Source of the DNA: Parasitella parasitica NRRL 2501
Lineage: Eukaryota; Fungi; Mucoromycota
Direction: 5' to 3'
Assembly (NCBI GenBank): GCA_025201805.1
Contig: MU619271.1
Location: 66,679 to 107,057, forward strand
DNA length: 40,379 bases
This document shows, one piece after another, positions 36,979 to 40,379 of the stretch; within the stretch, counting starts at the first letter, position 1; each line of letters begins with the position of its first letter. Both the position numbers and the translations under genes were made by a program. The notes under the pieces were generated by a model, which did no database searches, was not told where the DNA came from, and saw only the letters and a list, made by a program, of their open reading frames with translations.

Positions 36979-37758
36979 TCATTGTCTTATCTTTTTGTTG
37001 TGAATACATGTATATGATGTCTATCTAATTAAAATAAATCTATGTGTCTTTGTATTATATTAAGAAATGTTGACTTGTGTATGAATTTTCATCCCTTTTA
37101 AAGCATGAACAATGGCTTAGTTTAATAGTTTAAAGCTGCAGAACAAATGTTTATTCATAACAATACCATCATTCGAACTCAAATTAGTAACACTTGAAAC
37201 TCGTCGCTCTGGCGCTCCCTGCGTAATATTCGGTTCCAAGTGCAGTGCCTCCAGTGCCATGGCACTTCTGAACTTCTCCTGCTTTTGATAGAACCCAATT
37301 CGCGCTTTTGATTACAGAAAACGCTGGGGGGGGTTTTATTAGAACGCTATTTGTCATCGTTGAAATTGAACTTGAGAGTCAATTTGTACATCAATAGCTG
37401 ATTCCTTATCATTATGTACGAAGAATTACCAATCTAGTTATTGCTCAATCTTATGCATTTCTAGCACTGCAATATTTAAAATTATATATCTTGACAAAAA
37501 GTAATAAATGATACCAACCAAAACACATTTATACACTATTTAATGTAAACCAGATATATCAAAACTAAGAAATCACATTCATTATTGTAAATCGTTGGTG
37601 TTAAAAGTGTTTATGCTACCGTATTCTTGTGTATACTTTGGCTTGTTATATAACTAGAAAAAATAGCTATGAATATACTAAATGTTGTAAAAGGCATGTC
37701 AAAGAGACCTTGGAGAGTTTCGCTTTTAAAAAGAAAATATAAATCTATTTAAAATAAA

Positions 37759-38040
37759 AGAGATTTTGCATTCTCCCATTAACAATGCATGATGTTGTCT
37801 ACACCATTTGATGAACCAGATCCATTAGCAGCAACGCAATTGCCACCAGCAGTGCAATTTATAGGACAGTAGTGTCTCTGAATTGACACTCGGTTGATGT
37901 ACAAAGACAACCACCATTTTGCTTTATATATGTGGGGCTTTTAGTATCGACTTTAGTATTGCTTAAAGATGGAATATTAATTCGCAGTTATTAGAGAGGA
38001 TAACAGAATCCAGCAGAGCCATTCTAAGCAGCAATGGCAG
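37759..38040 (-). pseudogene. Possible decayed Cys/Gly-rich protein gene fragment
   Basis: Adjacent frames read QNGGCLCTSTECQ and YCPINCTAGGNCVAANGSGSSNG, with a frameshift and stops. Confidence 0.35.
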
Positions 38041-39775
38041 TGTAATGATTCACATTACATGATGTCTTATTTTACATGAAGCATCCAATTATTAGAAATA
38101 GAATCAACTTTTACCAGATATTGGAACGCTAGTGAAAATATCTGTAATAGCTACTATAGTTTATTACAATAAATATTTCTCATATACTAGCAAATCTATT
38201 ATCTATAAATTACCCTTATCACTGAAAACCTGATCTGTCACTACCGATCATTGTTTACATATAAGTTTGTAGTTCATATAAACATCGCCGCATTGTTGTC
38301 AATTACTTCTTGTCCAATAATATCCACATATATTATATAGTAAGTAATAACCCTGATAGCAATGTCAACATTTAGATACACCAACCGTCCATTAACATAG
38401 TACATCATTCTACCCTTACTACTAGATAATTGTACTCCATCACAGGCAGCTTTAGTTACTTCAATTTCAAATTGGATGATAGCTAACCTTGCTTGTGTCG
38501 ACTAAACACCACATAATCAAGAGAACACTGTATGCGATGACATGAGAGAAATGGTGTTTGTAGCATATTTCTTTTTATTTTTGAAGTTCAGTAGGATATT
38601 TGACAGTTGATGTTTATTTTATTTGATGTTATTATGGTCGAATTGGTGGAAAGGGTTCAAAATATGGAATGAAAGGCTCTCAATTTGGATTTCATCTAAT
38701 TAACGATACCAATAACAACATATATATCTTTCTTACAACAGAAACAACAAGAATAATGACAACTGTGGAATCGGTATAAATTGTTATATGGATTCACGGA
38801 AAAAAATTATAATAAAAAAACAATAAAGTCAACTTGATAAGGTATAGGTTTTATTATCAAATCGACAGGTGTATAAAGCTCCAGTTCATCTACTGGCCAG
38901 GTAGATGAACCTTTATATACTTAAACTGTGAATAAATGTTCTATTCTCGCAATTTAACATGTACGACAATACTGCGTAACTAGCATCATAACTTTGTGCT
39001 AACCTACATATCAGCAGACTCAAGATAACTTAAATCTATTTGAGTGAGGAGATAGACTTTACCCGAGGTAGTACCCTGATCAATCTTCTATGCGAAGATT
39101 ATTATAATATCGATCTATAAGCGTATATCATTCCTTGTATAGTCTTATCCAGTCTATATTAATAGTACATGTCTGAGTGTATATCACTTGGTATTCATCT
39201 TAGCATATATCGGTATATGTAGCATGTCTATATAGCTTGCCATAAGCATATCTATAGCATTGCACATATTGTACAAGTCTGTAGTACATGATGTATCTGT
39301 AGCTAGTATCATGGATATAAGTATATGTCTTGTAGTGCGTATCTAGAAACTGGGAATACGCATCTGAAGCATAGATCTTATATAGCATAAGCTCGTAGCA
39401 TATACTAAATCAAGTAAATGTCTAAGGCTCGTGTCGAGATATAAGTATCAGTCTATAGCGTCATCCATCCTAATGGTGCCATCTCTAGCTTATATCTTAT
39501 ATAGTATAAATCTGTATTGCACATCTTATTATCTGTGCGCATATGTAGTTTATATCAATTTAAGGTAACTGGATGAATCTAGAAGTGGAATGCAGATCAT
39601 CATGGTGAATGTATTTCACAAGCACAATTTATTATTTTGAGCACATTTTTTTGTGTACGGGCGCATTTCCGCTTCATAAGCAAGCTTTTTGAATGCAATT
39701 TTAAGCCTACAAAACTAGTAAAATATGAGCTCATTTGAGTATAAAAATATGATCATTTAAGATTTTTTTTTTTTT

Positions 39776-40375
39776 GCATGAGCGCATTTATTGCCTTAAC
39801 CTAGCTCGATAAGCAAATTGTTATATCAATAACATGGCAAGGTCTCACATCAGGATCTCACATCAGTCCCAGGGTCTTACAGTAAATCATGGGGAGTAGT
39901 CATGATTTACATTATGCAGCTAGACAGTAGAACCCTAGTGTAATGAATGTGTATATAATACATCGAGAGATGTATTATAAATAAAAGTGTAATTCTTTGG
40001 CAGATTTATTTTATCAGACTTTTGACATAACACACATTTCTTTGGGTGTAAAAAAATGCTCTCGTGCATGCACATTTATATTCTTATAGGAACTAATTTA
40101 TCAGAATGAAAAATTATTCAAATAAAACGGTTGTGAATTAATCAGATAAAGATCTCGTTTATCACATGGAAAAAATGATGGTTTACATACTAGTGAATCT
40201 AAGTGGACTGATGGGACAATAAGATATAAGTGTGAGACATGGTGTGATTTAGAGAATGCGCACTATGGCCTCGCCGATGTTCTCATAAGAATATAGATGT
40301 GCATGAACGGGAACATTTTTTAGAGCCAAAAAAAGTGCTTATCGAGCTAGGTTAAGGCGATAAATGTGCTCATGC
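39776..40375. repeat. 40-bp inverted repeat pair (39776-39815 and 40336-40375), candidate MITE or DNA-transposon ends
   Basis: GCATGAGCGCATTTATTGCCTTAACCTAGCTCGATAAGCA matches the reverse complement of 40336-40375 at 38/40. Confidence 0.7.
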
Positions 40376-40379
40376 GAGA

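Noticed and set aside
1-40379. CRISPR arrays, tRNA/rRNA genes, prokaryotic operons
   Set aside because: No repeat-spacer arrays or tRNA/rRNA signatures seen; the sequence is eukaryotic with spliceosomal introns

Overview
Eukaryotic, intron-rich, AT-rich DNA, most consistent with a Mucorales fungus (inferred from short GT-AG introns, gene set and transposon types). Positions 240-5885 hold a decayed chromodomain-bearing Ty3/gypsy LTR retrotransposon on the minus strand. Its 608-aa gag is fully open while pol is shattered. Its two LTRs face each other, which I explain by a ~0.6 kb inversion that flipped the 3' end, 3' LTR, target-site duplication and host flank. The element sits in one copy of a local duplication whose empty-site copy is at ~7519-7980, next to a 53-aa secreted Cys-rich peptide gene missed by the ORF track. 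A conserved gene block follows: JMJD5/KDM8-like, an unknown secreted protein, RFT1, an SLC35/DMT-like transporter, a Crypton-like relic, MSS51, NAD kinase, a 5-exon secreted Kre9/KNH-N-like protein, an HSL-family hydrolase, a CECR2/RSF1-like PHD protein, a Psr1/CTDSP phosphatase, a flavocytochrome b2-like enzyme ending in SKL, and an FHA-forkhead factor. The last 3.4 kb is gene-poor, with decayed fragments and a 40-bp inverted repeat. Gene models and identity estimates were read by eye; no searches were run.
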